Shown here one piece after another: positions 39,188-49,809 of a stretch of DNA of 64,000 nt. The translations under genes were made by a program, and so were the position numbers. The stretch covers positions 928,001-992,000 of the forward strand of contig JBEPZY010000001.1 of NCBI GenBank assembly GCA_041640595.1, written 5' to 3'. A model generated the notes under the pieces. It did no database searches, was not told the DNA's origin, and was given only the letters and a program-made list of their open reading frames with translations. Source of the stretch: Gemmatales bacterium (GTDB lineage Bacteria; Planctomycetota; Planctomycetia; Gemmatales; HRBIN36). Position 1 is the first letter of the stretch. Every line of letters starts with the position of its first letter.

Positions 39188-42100
39188 CTATTTCCGCGAG
39201 CGGGCAGCTGCCTGGACTGCCCGAAGATAGCCGAGCAGATCCGCGATGTCCTGGGGCGTCAGCTGCTTTTCGAGCTCATCCGGCATGAGCGACTTGGTAA
39301 CCGTGCGCATCTGGTCAATGTCTTTGCGAAGCACACTGACGCGCAAACCTTTGTCTTGAAGCAGGGTAACGCTGGTGGCTGTCTCCTCGGCCAGCACACC
39401 AAAGAAGACGCGGCCATCCAGTGTGCTGATGACGTAGGTCTGAAACCCAGCCGCGATGGAACTGCTGGGGTCGAGGATGTCCGCCAGCAAGGTTTCGTCA
39501 GGGCGATCGTGAGCTTCCGTCAAAGGGGGACCGACTGCAACTCCTTGATTTTCCAGCTGATGACAGCTCGCACAATGTTTCAGGAACAGCTCTCGACCCC
39601 GCTTGGCATCCCGGGGTAAGGTCAGTGCTACGCGATATTTCTCCACGACCGCCGCACGCTCTGCTGTGAACGGAGAAGCAAAAATCTTGGCGGCACGTTG
39701 ACGCACTTCCTCCCGGAAGTCCTGCAAAAGCAAGGTGCGTTGCAAGGTGTTCAGCCTCCTGCCAAGTGCCGGCTCTTTTTCGAGTTTCTCCACCAGAGCC
39801 AGCCGCCAGGTGGACTTTTCCAGGCACTGGCTCAAAACGAAATCCTGCACTTTTGCAGACAGAACCGGAAACTTCTCCAGCAGGGCTCGCCCAATCTCCT
39901 TGCTATCAGCGGTAGTCCAGACCTGAACCACGGCGAGCTGCAGTTCCGGAGGGCTTTGCGGAGCCAGCAACCGCCCCAGCCGGCGTAAACGTGGCCAGGG
40001 AGCATGCCGTAACTGCTCCACAGCTCGCAGTCGGTCCTGCAGGGATTTGGATTCATTGAGGGCGTCTTCGAGCAAGGTGTCCCAGTGGGCTTGCAGTTTG
40101 GGTAACGCTTCCAGCCGTAATAGTGCTGCCAAACGCAAGCCGCGCTGACGCACCGCTTCACTCCTGGCGTTCACCAGTGCCTGAACGCTGGGAGCCAGTG
40201 ATTCCGCCAACCTCTCAGCATCTTTTGGCTGGAGATTCTGCACCAGGCTGTCCAGAACCATAAGACGAAACTCCTCCGGCCAGACCGGCTCATCCTGCCC
40301 TGCCTCGCTAGTAAGTCGTCGTAAGACGATAGCCATCGGGCCCGGTTCTGCTCTTCGAGCAAGCGTCTGCGTGAGCAAAGGCACGATGGCCTGGCGGGCC
40401 TGCTTGTTTTCGCCGTCGGCCAGGCGCATAAGTAAATCGTCTGCACATTCCGACGCCGCAATGGCCACGGCATGGATAAGCCACGGGTCCGAGGCATGCT
40501 TTTGCACTAGTTGCGACCAGGTCGGCACAGCTACCTGCTGCGGTGCTGCGCTTAGCGTCAAAGCGAGTTGCCAGCGTACCGCCGGATCGGGATCATCCGC
40601 CAGTGCCAGCACGTGTTGCAAAAGCTCGCGGTTCTGCGGTAAAAACTTCTCAGCCAGCCGCAGTGCATGAACACGCACGCCGTAACTGGAACTGGCCAGG
40701 CCAGGAATCAAGTCTTTCGCCTCTAAGCGACCCAGGCCAGAAAGGACGTAGAGTGCCAGCACCTGGGCTTGTGGTGTGGGAGCTGAGCGTGCCATTTCCT
40801 GCAACGCTGGCACCACTGACATATCTCGTCGCTCCAGCAACAGCCTCTGGGCAGTTTCTCGCTGCCAGACGTTAGGGTGAGCCAGCAGAGCCACCAGTTC
40901 GGATGAGGTCTTCTGTCCGGGCCAGGCTGTGTCCTTACGTCGCTGGTTGTTTGCTGAGCATATCCGCCAGATTCGGCCTTTATCGCTCCCTGCTATTAGC
41001 CCTTCTGCGTATTGCTGTTGCAGGAAGCGCGGGATCGCCGAATAGTCCTCAATGATTTCGTGGTAAAAATCAGCAACGTACAACGCCCCGTCTGGGCCGA
41101 CTGTCAGGTTGACGGGTCGGAACCAGGTTTCCCGCGACCGCAAAAATTCCGTCTTTTCCTCTTCCGATGGTCGGTGAAATCGGAACTGCCCCTGGTGTCT
41201 TTCGACAACGGCCCGATGGACGAGATTATTTGCCGGTTCACACACGAAATAACTGTGGCGGTAACGCTCCGGCAAACCATCGCCCCGATAGAAGAGCTGC
41301 CCGCAAGCAGAGGTAAAGTAACCCTGCGGTGTGGTTTCGGTAACGCCGTAGAATTTCACCCACGCAGGGTCTTGGGCACGTTTAACTCGCCAGGGATCGG
41401 GCAAGCTAATCGGATAGACACGCTGGTGCTGACCGGTCACCACCTGCGGCGAGGGTGCTGGGAGAAACGGATTGCGAAGTAAATAGCGCGTCTCGATTGG
41501 GGTCACCCAGGCAAACGGTTGGCCGCCATGAACAATCGTGAACCGTTCTCCCCAATCATTCATGGTCAACCCTACCGTTCCCACGCGTCCATTGACCGGT
41601 TCAATCGCTGAGCCATCAGGACGGAATCGAAAGTCGGAATGGCCCAATGCCACAGGTTTTGCCAGTTTGGGGCCTGTCACGTTAGCCCCGCCGCCACCCG
41701 CTCCTGCATAAATCCAGCCATCCAATCCCCAGCGCGGCGAATTGATGCCGCGTTCCAGCATAGTCAACGGGAAGCCGGTGAACAACACCTCTCGAACTTC
41801 TGCGCGGCCATCACCATCGCGATCCGCCAGGTACACGATTTGCGTGCCTGCTAAAACAATGGCTCCTCCCCGCGCGGGCACAATACCGTAACACGGCGGA
41901 AGATCGTCTGCCAACACTTGAACCCGATCCATCCGCCCATCGCCATCCGTGTCCTCCAGGACTTTCACCGTGCCATGTTGCTGTTTTCGCGCTTCCTCCA
42001 ACAGCTTGCCCGTAACCCGCACTCGTCGCACTGCTGTGTCAAGCTTTCCCGTCTTATTGAGCTCCACAACGTCTAAATATCCCTCCAGGTTCCAACCGTG

Positions 42101-42337
42101 TAACTCGCAGACGAACAATCGGCCATACTCATCGAAGGCCAGATCCGTTGGACAGATCACCATCGGTTCAGCAGCGACAACCTCGATTCGCAAATCGGCA
42201 GGGAGTTCAAACTGCTTGAGGCTTTCCTCTGGCCGCAATGGCTTGGGGCGATCTGTTGCCATCGGAATTTGCGCGACCAACCCACACAACCAGAGCCAAC
42301 CCCACACTACCAAAATGTTGGCACTTTTCTTCCGCAT
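39188..42337 (-). CDS. Second PVC-type heme-binding CxxCH membrane-bound dehydrogenase domain protein
   Basis: LRIEVVAAEP, LEDTDGDG, TSACG, WFRPV..GPDGALY, CASCH, SLMPDE; paralog of 19385-22387. Confidence 0.9.
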   Translation of the reverse strand: MRKKSANILVVWGWLWLCGLVAQIPMATDRPKPLRPEESLKQFELPADLRIEVVAAEPMVICPTDLAFDEYGRLFVCELHGWNLEGYLDVVELNKTGKLDTAVRRVRVTGKLLEEARKQQHGTVKVLEDTDGDGRMDRVQVLADDLPPCYGIVPARGGAIVLAGTQIVYLADRDGDGRAEVREVLFTGFPLTMLERGINSPRWGLDGWIYAGAGGGGANVTGPKLAKPVALGHSDFRFRPDGSAIEPVNGRVGTVGLTMNDWGERFTIVHGGQPFAWVTPIETRYLLRNPFLPAPSPQVVTGQHQRVYPISLPDPWRVKRAQDPAWVKFYGVTETTPQGYFTSACGQLFYRGDGLPERYRHSYFVCEPANNLVHRAVVERHQGQFRFHRPSEEEKTEFLRSRETWFRPVNLTVGPDGALYVADFYHEIIEDYSAIPRFLQQQYAEGLIAGSDKGRIWRICSANNQRRKDTAWPGQKTSSELVALLAHPNVWQRETAQRLLLERRDMSVVPALQEMARSAPTPQAQVLALYVLSGLGRLEAKDLIPGLASSSYGVRVHALRLAEKFLPQNRELLQHVLALADDPDPAVRWQLALTLSAAPQQVAVPTWSQLVQKHASDPWLIHAVAIAASECADDLLMRLADGENKQARQAIVPLLTQTLARRAEPGPMAIVLRRLTSEAGQDEPVWPEEFRLMVLDSLVQNLQPKDAERLAESLAPSVQALVNARSEAVRQRGLRLAALLRLEALPKLQAHWDTLLEDALNESKSLQDRLRAVEQLRHAPWPRLRRLGRLLAPQSPPELQLAVVQVWTTADSKEIGRALLEKFPVLSAKVQDFVLSQCLEKSTWRLALVEKLEKEPALGRRLNTLQRTLLLQDFREEVRQRAAKIFASPFTAERAAVVEKYRVALTLPRDAKRGRELFLKHCASCHQLENQGVAVGPPLTEAHDRPDETLLADILDPSSSIAAGFQTYVISTLDGRVFFGVLAEETATSVTLLQDKGLRVSVLRKDIDQMRTVTKSLMPDELEKQLTPQDIADLLGYLRAVQAAARSRK

Positions 42338-42473
42338 CGCCGTTTCTCCCAGGAATCTCCATTTCTGGCCTGTCACCGACGGCTGCATACGCTAAGCTTA
42401 CCTGCGCTGCTGAGGTTAGTATCATGACCCGCAACCAACGAATCAACCGCCCTCACTTTAGCTGGAACTGGTC

Positions 42474-43595
42474 ATGCGTGAAAAATGGCTAGCGGAACGG
42501 ACAAAACAAATCCAGGCTTCGGGAATTCGTCGGGTTTTTGATCTGGCCCGCGAGCTGTCGCGACCGGTTAATTTGAGCATCGGCCAGCCGGATTTCGACG
42601 TGCCGATGCCGATCAAGCAGGCTGCTATTGAGGCCATCCTGGCCGGACACAACGGCTACACTGTTACGCAAGGCATCGCCGAGTTGCGCGAAAAAATTCG
42701 GCAGCGCATCCGCCAACAGCTACCCCACGCTGACCGCGAGGTGCTGATCACCAGTGGCACCAGCGGCGGATTAGTGCTGGCCATTCTGGCTACTGTCAAT
42801 CCTGGCGATGAGGTAATCGTATTCGACCCGTTCTTTGTCATGTATCCTCACCTGGTGCGGCTGGCAGGGGGAGTACCGGTCTTCGTGGACACCTATCCGG
42901 ATTTCCAGATTGACCCCGACCGTCTTCTGCAGGTGATTACCCCGCGAACCAAAATGATCCTCTTCAATAGTCCCGCCAATCCAACTGGCGTGGTAGTTTC
43001 CCGCGATCGTGTGCGTGCTGTTGCGGAAATTGCCGATCGCTTCGGACTGCTGCTGGTCAGCGACGAAGTTTATCGTGCCTTTTGTTACGAAGGAGAGTTT
43101 TCCAGCCCGGCTGAGTACAACCCGAATGTGCTGGTGCTGGACGGGTTCAGTAAAGCTTATGGCATGACCGGCTGGCGACTCGGCTATGCTCACGGCCCCA
43201 AGCGCCTGATCGAAGAGATGGCGAAACTTCAGCAATTCACTTTCGTTTGCGCTCCCAGCATCGTTCAGCATGCCGGAATAGCAGCCCTGGACTGGGATGT
43301 AGCGCCCACAGTGGCCGAGTATCGCCGTAAACGCGACCGTCTCTGCGAAGCACTTCGCGGGCATTATCGGCTGGTTGAGCCAGGCGGAGCATTTTACCTT
43401 TTTCCAGCCGTGCCCTGGGGTACGGACGAGGAGTTTGTAACCGCCTGCATTCGGGAACAACTGCTGGTCATCCCGGGCAGTGTCTTCAGTCAGCGACACA
43501 CTCATTTCCGCATCAGCTACGCCGCCGACGACGACACGATCGAACGTGGCATTGAAATCCTGTTGAAGCTGGCGCAACCGCCTGCATCCAGCTGA
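42474..43595 (+). CDS. PLP-dependent aminotransferase class I/II
   Basis: NLSIGQPDF, NSPANPTG, SDEVY, GFSKAYGMTGWRLG. Confidence 0.93.
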   Translation: MREKWLAERTKQIQASGIRRVFDLARELSRPVNLSIGQPDFDVPMPIKQAAIEAILAGHNGYTVTQGIAELREKIRQRIRQQLPHADREVLITSGTSGGLVLAILATVNPGDEVIVFDPFFVMYPHLVRLAGGVPVFVDTYPDFQIDPDRLLQVITPRTKMILFNSPANPTGVVVSRDRVRAVAEIADRFGLLLVSDEVYRAFCYEGEFSSPAEYNPNVLVLDGFSKAYGMTGWRLGYAHGPKRLIEEMAKLQQFTFVCAPSIVQHAGIAALDWDVAPTVAEYRRKRDRLCEALRGHYRLVEPGGAFYLFPAVPWGTDEEFVTACIREQLLVIPGSVFSQRHTHFRISYAADDDTIERGIEILLKLAQPPASS

Positions 43596-43710
43596 CCGCC
43601 CCACCCTGCTCTAACCGCGCGGGGCACTTGCCACTGATGCAGCTTCACAGTGCAACACCATGCGGGGTTCTGTTACCCGTTCCCGTTACACTGAAGGCCA
43701 GAGCAGATTG

Positions 43711-44109
43711 TCAGCTGCGAAGTGCTTCTTCGAGGACACTCTCGTTGACGTAAATGGGAACCCGGCAAGTAACCGCCAGGGCGATGGCATCGCTGGGTCG
43801 GCTGTCCACTTCTCGCAATTCTCCGTCCTGACGAATACGCAAGCGTGCATAGTAGGTGTGGTCCTGCAGGTCGTTGATGATCACATCCTGCAGTTCGCCG
43901 CCCAGTTCGGTAATCACGCTGGCAATCAAATCGTGCGTGAGTGGACGAGGGGAACTAATCCCCTTGACCCGACGCTCGATACTGGTAGCCTCGAAGATAC
44001 CTATGACAATCGGGAAGCACCGTTCGCCCTCGACTTCCTTCAGGTAAATGACTTGCTGTTCCTGAATTTCGCTGATGACGATTCGCCGCAGTTCCATTTG
44101 CACGGGCAC
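43711..44109 (-). CDS. Bifunctional nuclease family protein (DUF151)
   Basis: FPIVIGIFEA, PRPLTHDL, DSRPSDAIALA; GTG start after GGAGGG. Confidence 0.9.
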   Translation of the reverse strand: MPVQMELRRIVISEIQEQQVIYLKEVEGERCFPIVIGIFEATSIERRVKGISSPRPLTHDLIASVITELGGELQDVIINDLQDHTYYARLRIRQDGELREVDSRPSDAIALAVTCRVPIYVNESVLEEALRS

Positions 44110-44291
44110 GTGCCGACCCTCCGGTTCCGGCAGCTCCGCCTGCAAAAATCGCAGGCAGCGCCAGCGCTTCAGTGCCGAAATAAGACTAAGTCGCAGCCGC
44201 CCTTGTACTGCTGGGTCTGATATGCAAATATGCTGCGCCATTATACTGAAGCAAGGCCACCGCAGAACAGACGCAACCCTGCACACGACCG

Positions 44292-45359
44292 ATGACCAGA
44301 CGTATCTCGGATACCCACTGGAACAGGCTCTGGCAAATCATCCGGCCAGCTTACGCTCGACGCGGACTGGAACACGACTGCGTCCAGGAGATCGGCCTAA
44401 ACGATCTGGTAGCAGCATCGTATTACCTGGCCAGTACTGAGCCAATTTGGGTTAACATCGTTACCGGCTTTTTCCTGCCCCGCTTCGGTCGCTGGGAAAC
44501 CGATGGGCCGATGGGTGCGGTACTTTTAGCCGCTTGCCTGTCGGCTGGCGGACACCATGTCCAGTTGATTACCGAAAGCGGATTGGCCCTGGTGTTGCGA
44601 ACAGCCCTGGCTGCTCAGAAAGTTCCCGTTCGGGTGATGGCTTGGCCAGACGATACGACCCGCAGCTTTGCGGAACAGCCGGTCGGTACGCCTGCCGGGC
44701 AGCGAGTGCCTGTCGGGCAGCAAGCGACGACTCGGCCGAATATCGGTGAATCAATCGAATGCTCACCCCGGCCGACGTGCTGGATTGCAGTGGAAAGGCC
44801 TGGCCCGGCATATACACCCCGGCATTTCGGACAACGCTGGCCCGAGCAACTGCCGACCTTCCTTGCCCGGGTACCGCCGCACGACTGGGATCGTTATCAC
44901 GACATGAGCGGCAACGACATAACGGCGTGGCATTATCCAGCTCACCGATTTTTCGAGGGAGCAAAATCTGCCACCATCGGCATCGGGGATGGCGGCAATG
45001 AGATCGGCATGGGAAAATTGATCTGGGCTTTTCTGGCAGAGCATGTTCGCTACGGAGAACGCATAGCTTGCCGTGTTGCGACGGACTGGCTGATTCCGGC
45101 TAGCGTCAGCAACTGGGGTGCGTATGCCCTTGCGGCTGCGGTGTGCGGTTTGCGAGGGCTGCGGGATCACTTCCTGGCCTGGGCAGAACCACATCAGCAA
45201 AAGCAGTTATGGCGAGAAGTCATGGAACTGATGCCGTTATGCGACGGTGTAACAGGGAGGCCTGCGAACCAGGACGGTGATTTATGGATAGACGGCCTGC
45301 CCTGGAGCGAACATGCCGCCGTGCTCGACGATTTGCGTGCCTGGATACGCTCCACCTGA
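44292..45359 (+). CDS. D-glutamate cyclase-like domain protein (DUF4392)
   Basis: ETDGPMGA, VERPG, IGIGDGGNEIGMG, SVSNWGAY. Confidence 0.85.
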   Translation: MTRRISDTHWNRLWQIIRPAYARRGLEHDCVQEIGLNDLVAASYYLASTEPIWVNIVTGFFLPRFGRWETDGPMGAVLLAACLSAGGHHVQLITESGLALVLRTALAAQKVPVRVMAWPDDTTRSFAEQPVGTPAGQRVPVGQQATTRPNIGESIECSPRPTCWIAVERPGPAYTPRHFGQRWPEQLPTFLARVPPHDWDRYHDMSGNDITAWHYPAHRFFEGAKSATIGIGDGGNEIGMGKLIWAFLAEHVRYGERIACRVATDWLIPASVSNWGAYALAAAVCGLRGLRDHFLAWAEPHQQKQLWREVMELMPLCDGVTGRPANQDGDLWIDGLPWSEHAAVLDDLRAWIRST

Positions 45360-45509
45360 AACAGTTGGCTGCGGTAGTAGCTAACACGCGGAGATTCTTA
45401 AAGCCCACCAACTCCGGCTGGGAAAAAAGCCGATGTGCAATCGCCGCTGCGTCGAACTGGACGTAAAAATACATCGTTTGCAATGTTCAGAAGAAAAACA
45501 GAGAAATCA

Positions 45510-45538
45510 TTGACTCACTCGTTTAGATAGAGTAACAT
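45510..45538 (+). promoter_or_regulatory. Sigma-70-type promoter
   Basis: TTGACT-N17-TAACAT with an A-rich upstream tract. Confidence 0.6.
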
Positions 45539-45604
45539 GGGCTTATGAAAATAGGGAATGCACGATACCAGGATGCCATTAGACAAACTAGAGAGGGCGA
45601 GCTC

Positions 45605-46252
45605 ATGGCATGGCGATTCTGGTTTCGCGATGGAGTAGGCGGTTGTCCCGGTTGCATGGGCTGGGCATGCCGGTTAGCCATTGCTAGCTGGTTGTGTTTC
45701 GCCGCGACAATTCTGGTTACATCCAACGTTTCTATGGTTTGCGTTAGCGGGGCGTTCGTATTCGTTGCGACTGCCCTATGGCTCTGCCACCTGGGCGCAT
45801 TTGTGGGGAAGCAGATGGCACAAGTTGCAGAGCTGGCGACTGCCGAACCGAATTGCTCTCGCCGGTCCTGGCTAGGGGCGGCATGGCGGATCGCGATGCT
45901 GGGCGTCGCAACAAGCCTTTTCAAAGGGCGGATAGCCTGGGCAGGAATCAACTCGTGTGGCGATCTCGGAATCGTGCTGGTCGTCTCGCCGGTGGAATCC
46001 TGTGCCCCGGACCTCGCCGAGGCTTTTCGGGAATCCTACCTGGCTTTGCGGAATCAAGCGGATAGCGTTGCTGACTCTCTTTGCCGGAACCGCCAGGCTG
46101 GCTGTCCGCGGGGACACTGTCGGCGTGCAGGAGCCCGAAACGTTGAAAACATCGTACCCTTTATTCGCCGAGCTGTGGGACTCCGCGGTCGACTGTTGTG
46201 GTGTTGCCGATGCCAGGGCATGGTGCGCGTCATTTGCCGCTGCAGTTCATAA
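45605..46252 (+). CDS. Hypothetical membrane protein: CxxCM + 2 TM (DUF3624-like), internal twin-arginine signal, 10-Cys C-terminal domain
   Basis: Has its own promoter and GAGAGGG SD; GCPGCM, LWLCHL, SRRSWLG...IAWA, Cys-rich tail. Confidence 0.6.
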   Translation: MAWRFWFRDGVGGCPGCMGWACRLAIASWLCFAATILVTSNVSMVCVSGAFVFVATALWLCHLGAFVGKQMAQVAELATAEPNCSRRSWLGAAWRIAMLGVATSLFKGRIAWAGINSCGDLGIVLVVSPVESCAPDLAEAFRESYLALRNQADSVADSLCRNRQAGCPRGHCRRAGARNVENIVPFIRRAVGLRGRLLWCCRCQGMVRVICRCSS

Positions 46253-46473
46253 CTTACCGAGCCATTCCCAGCCGACACGAACGCCGGAGAGTCCTACTGG
46301 GACTTCCCCTATCTGCTCCGTTTGAAGAGCTCTTCCCCGTTCAGGAAGAAATTCTTACGAGACTGCGGCCAGCGGAGTCTTAACCGTATAGCAGTGCCTC
46401 ACGGCTGCCACCGTGAACAGGTTTACAAACAAGTGGCATTCGGAAGCTGAGAAATTGACCGGGGTTCAGGGAA

Positions 46474-47946
46474 TTACGTAGCCGCGAGTTCTTCCTGAAT
46501 CAGGCGGCGGACTTCGTCGGGCGGAGCTTTGCCGCGCGTCTCACGCATAACCATACCTACCAGGGCGTCCATCGCTTTCGTTTTCCCGGCACGGACATCG
46601 GCAACGGCTTTGGGTTGGCTGGCGATGGATTTTTTCACCAGTTCCCGCAATTGCTCCGTGGAAAACGCAACGTCCAAGCCCAGCCGCTTGATGATCGCCT
46701 CAGCCGAGCCACCGGTTTCGAGCATTTCGTTGAATACCTCACGGGCTCGCTGAGGATTGACGCGATATTCTCGCTGCTTGCGGATAAGTTCCGCCAAACG
46801 CTCCGGAGCCAACGGAAAATCCTGAATGCTGATTTTGCGGGCGCCCAACACCTGAAGCACCTGGTTGGTGCACCAGTTAGCGGCGGCTTTAGCATCGCCG
46901 GTGAGTTGAGCCACTTTTTCGAAGTAATCGGCAAAGGCCAGCCCTTGACTCACGATGACGCTGGCATCGTAGGCGGAAAGCTGATACTGCGTCTGGAATC
47001 GTTCTCGACGGGCGGCAGGCAATTCCGGCAATTCTGCTCGCAAACGTGCCAGCCACGGTTGGTCCACCACTACGGGCACCAGGTCTGGTTCCGGGAAATA
47101 GCGGTAATCGGAAGCTTCTTCTTTGCGGCGCTGGACCACGGTGATACCACGATCCTCATCCCAACCGGCAGTAGCTTTGGGCACTTCGCCGAGTTTTTTA
47201 CCAGTGCGCAGGAACTCCTCGTATTGCCGCTGGCCTTCGTAAGCCATCGCCCGTTCCACGGAACGAAAACTATTGAGATTTTTCACCTCCACGATGGGCG
47301 TGGCCACGTAACCATCGCCCTGGGGCACGTGGATATTAACATTGGCATCCACGCGCAGGCTGCCCTCCTGCATTTCGCAATCCGAAACTTTTAGCTCCCG
47401 CAAAAGCAAACGCAGTTCCTCCAGAAACAGCCGCGCTTCTTCCGGCGAATTCATGTCCGGGTGGGTGACGATTTCCAGTAGCGGTGTACCAGCCCGGTTC
47501 AAATCCACGAGACTGTCCCGCCCCATGCCGGTCTCGTCGTGCAACATTTTCCCCGCATCTTCTTCCAGGTGCACACGAATGAGCCGTACCTTCTTGCGGC
47601 CATTCGACGTTTGAATTTCCAGCCAACCGTTGCGGCTGAAGGGTAAGTCATACTGGCTGATCTGGTAGTTTTTCGGCAGGTCGGGATAGTAGTAGTTTTT
47701 GCGATCCCACTTGGTGAACGGGGCGATGTCTGCGTTGAGAGCCAGGGCAGCTTTCAACGCTAATTCCAGCGCTTGCCGATTCATGACCGGCAAGACGCCA
47801 GGCATACCGATACACACCGGGCAGGTTGCTGAGTTAGGCGGTAAACCGAATTCCGTACTGCATCCGCAGAATAACTTTGTCTTTGTCAAAAGTTGGACGT
47901 GCACCTCCAGGCCGATCACCAGGCGGTAAGGCAATTCGCCATGCAT
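46474..47946 (-). CDS. gatB: Asp/Glu-tRNA amidotransferase subunit B
   Basis: VIGLEVHVQL, RKNYYYPDLPKNYQISQ, HLEEDAGK, DLNRAGTPLLEIV, DYRYFPEPDL. Confidence 0.98.
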   Translation of the reverse strand: MHGELPYRLVIGLEVHVQLLTKTKLFCGCSTEFGLPPNSATCPVCIGMPGVLPVMNRQALELALKAALALNADIAPFTKWDRKNYYYPDLPKNYQISQYDLPFSRNGWLEIQTSNGRKKVRLIRVHLEEDAGKMLHDETGMGRDSLVDLNRAGTPLLEIVTHPDMNSPEEARLFLEELRLLLRELKVSDCEMQEGSLRVDANVNIHVPQGDGYVATPIVEVKNLNSFRSVERAMAYEGQRQYEEFLRTGKKLGEVPKATAGWDEDRGITVVQRRKEEASDYRYFPEPDLVPVVVDQPWLARLRAELPELPAARRERFQTQYQLSAYDASVIVSQGLAFADYFEKVAQLTGDAKAAANWCTNQVLQVLGARKISIQDFPLAPERLAELIRKQREYRVNPQRAREVFNEMLETGGSAEAIIKRLGLDVAFSTEQLRELVKKSIASQPKAVADVRAGKTKAMDALVGMVMRETRGKAPPDEVRRLIQEELAAT

Positions 47947-48031
47947 GCTTCGGACTCCGTATCCACAAACCGAAGAATGTCCTCCTGAAGCCAGGACGGG
48001 AAAATTATAGGACTCAGCCCAACATTGTGCC

Positions 48032-48667
48032 TTACACCAGGCGTTTGGCCTTGCCGCGGACTGCTCGCTTGAAATCCCCGCTGGCCAGCACCGCGAAGTT
48101 CACCTCCAACCCCGGAAACAACCCCGGTGAAAACCAATCCCCCGATTCCACCTCCTGCTGCACTACGAATTCCCCTTGCCGATTCTCGTTCTCCTCCACA
48201 AACACCTCCCCTTCGTCCACGCGGACCAGCCAGTACCAGGGCACACCGTAGCGGGCGTAATCACGGTATTTGCGCCGCATAAGTCGTGGCCGGTCACCCG
48301 GCGATTCGATTTCCACACACAAATCCGCTGGCCCCCACAACCGCCCATCACGTAGTCGTTCTCCGTGTTCTTTTGCCAAAAAAACGATGTCCGGAACATA
48401 CGTCAACGGCTTACGCTGGTCGAGAATCATGTCAATCTCCGGCCAGACCCAGCCAAGGCCATGCGTTCTCACCCAGCGGTCGAGAAGATACCCCAGGTAC
48501 AGGATCAGCAGCTGATGCCAGCTTCGCGGTCGCGGACTCACGATGGGCTCTCCGTCGAGCAACTCGATTTTGCGTTCGTCGCTGGTATCGGCCAGATATT
48601 GCCTCAACGTCATCCGTCGCGGCCACCGTCGGCGACGGTTTTTCACTACCGGCAACCCGATGGGCAT
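48032..48667 (-). CDS. Uma2 family (PD-(D/E)xK) putative endonuclease
   Basis: IELLDGE..VSPRP...HQ, VPDIVF, ADLCVEIESP, YARYGVPWYWLV. Confidence 0.88.
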   Translation of the reverse strand: MPIGLPVVKNRRRRWPRRMTLRQYLADTSDERKIELLDGEPIVSPRPRSWHQLLILYLGYLLDRWVRTHGLGWVWPEIDMILDQRKPLTYVPDIVFLAKEHGERLRDGRLWGPADLCVEIESPGDRPRLMRRKYRDYARYGVPWYWLVRVDEGEVFVEENENRQGEFVVQQEVESGDWFSPGLFPGLEVNFAVLASGDFKRAVRGKAKRLV

Positions 48668-48743
48668 CGCTTGGCCCCCGCTTTGCGGAGAGGGATTTCG
48701 TATCCTCTCGGTTGACGTTGCATTACTGGGAGTAAAAAGCGGC

Positions 48744-49736
48744 TTATCGGCGACGGTGTGCAGCCACTTCCGGATTGACCCAGGCCCGCAACGGTTCGCC
48801 ACGCAGTCCTGCCAGTAAATTATCGGCAGCAATCTCGGCCATAGCATTGCGAGTGGCGAAGGTAGCACTGGCAATGTGCGGAGCGATGATGCAATTGGGC
48901 AGACGCAGCAGCGGATTGTCGGGAAGCGGCGGTTCGGGATCGGTCACATCCAGCCCCGCCGCGAAGATGTAACCTTTTTGCAATGCTTCCGCCAGTGCTC
49001 GTTCATCTACAATTGGACCCCGGGCGGTGTTGACGAAGACCGCGGTCGGCTTCATTTTCTTGAACCGCTCCAGGTTGAACATTCCACGAGTGGTTTCGTT
49101 CAAATCGGTATGAACCGAAACAAAATCCGACTCTGCCAGCAGCGTATCCAAATCCACGCGCCGGGCATCGAGGTCGCGTTCAGCCTGTTCGTTGGGGCGA
49201 ACGTCGTGGTACAAAATCCGCATGTCCCAGCCGAACCGGCAGCGCTTGGCCAGAGCGTAGCCGATCCGTCCCATACCAACCACTCCGAGTGTCTTGCCCA
49301 CTAAATCCTGACCAAGGTGGCCAAGCGGTTCCCAGGTTTTCCATTTCCCGGACAGGGTGTAGAGATGACCTTCGACCAGTCGCCGAGCAGCGGCGATTAA
49401 CAGGCAGAAAGCCATATCGGCAGTGGCATCGGTGAGCACACCAGGCGTATTGCCTACGCAGATGCCGCGTTGTGTGGCGGCCTGGACGTCAATGTTGTTG
49501 AAACCGACCGCGTAATTGCTGATCACCTTGAGCCTGGGAGCGGCGTCCATCAAATTCGCATCAATACGGTCGGTCAATAGCGAGAGTAAGCCATCACAGT
49601 CGCGCACTTTTTCCACGAGGATTTCATACGGTGGCGGAAGTTCGCCGGGCCAGATTTCCGCATCGCAGGCCGCCTGAATCTTTTGCAGCCCGATTTCCGG
49701 AATCCGGCGGGTAACGAAAACACGCGGTTTGGCCAT
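48744..49736 (-). CDS. D-glycerate dehydrogenase / glyoxylate reductase (D-2-hydroxyacid dehydrogenase)
   Basis: NYAVGFNNID, NTPGVLTDATAD, GMGRIG, NTARG, GLDVTDPEP, PHIAS; AAGGAGG SD. Confidence 0.92.
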   Translation of the reverse strand: MAKPRVFVTRRIPEIGLQKIQAACDAEIWPGELPPPYEILVEKVRDCDGLLSLLTDRIDANLMDAAPRLKVISNYAVGFNNIDVQAATQRGICVGNTPGVLTDATADMAFCLLIAAARRLVEGHLYTLSGKWKTWEPLGHLGQDLVGKTLGVVGMGRIGYALAKRCRFGWDMRILYHDVRPNEQAERDLDARRVDLDTLLAESDFVSVHTDLNETTRGMFNLERFKKMKPTAVFVNTARGPIVDERALAEALQKGYIFAAGLDVTDPEPPLPDNPLLRLPNCIIAPHIASATFATRNAMAEIAADNLLAGLRGEPLRAWVNPEVAAHRRR

Positions 49737-49809
49737 GCACAGTCCTCCTTTGCGTTTTTGGCAAGCCGTCATGTTCTCGGCTGCAGTAGTATTCGGATAT
49801 ATGAGCAGG

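Noticed and set aside
48032..48667. Uma2 nuclease as a defence island or as the mobiliser of the REP array
   Set aside because: Solitary Uma2 genes are common in planctomycetes. It is not an HUH enzyme and has no methylase or other defence neighbours.
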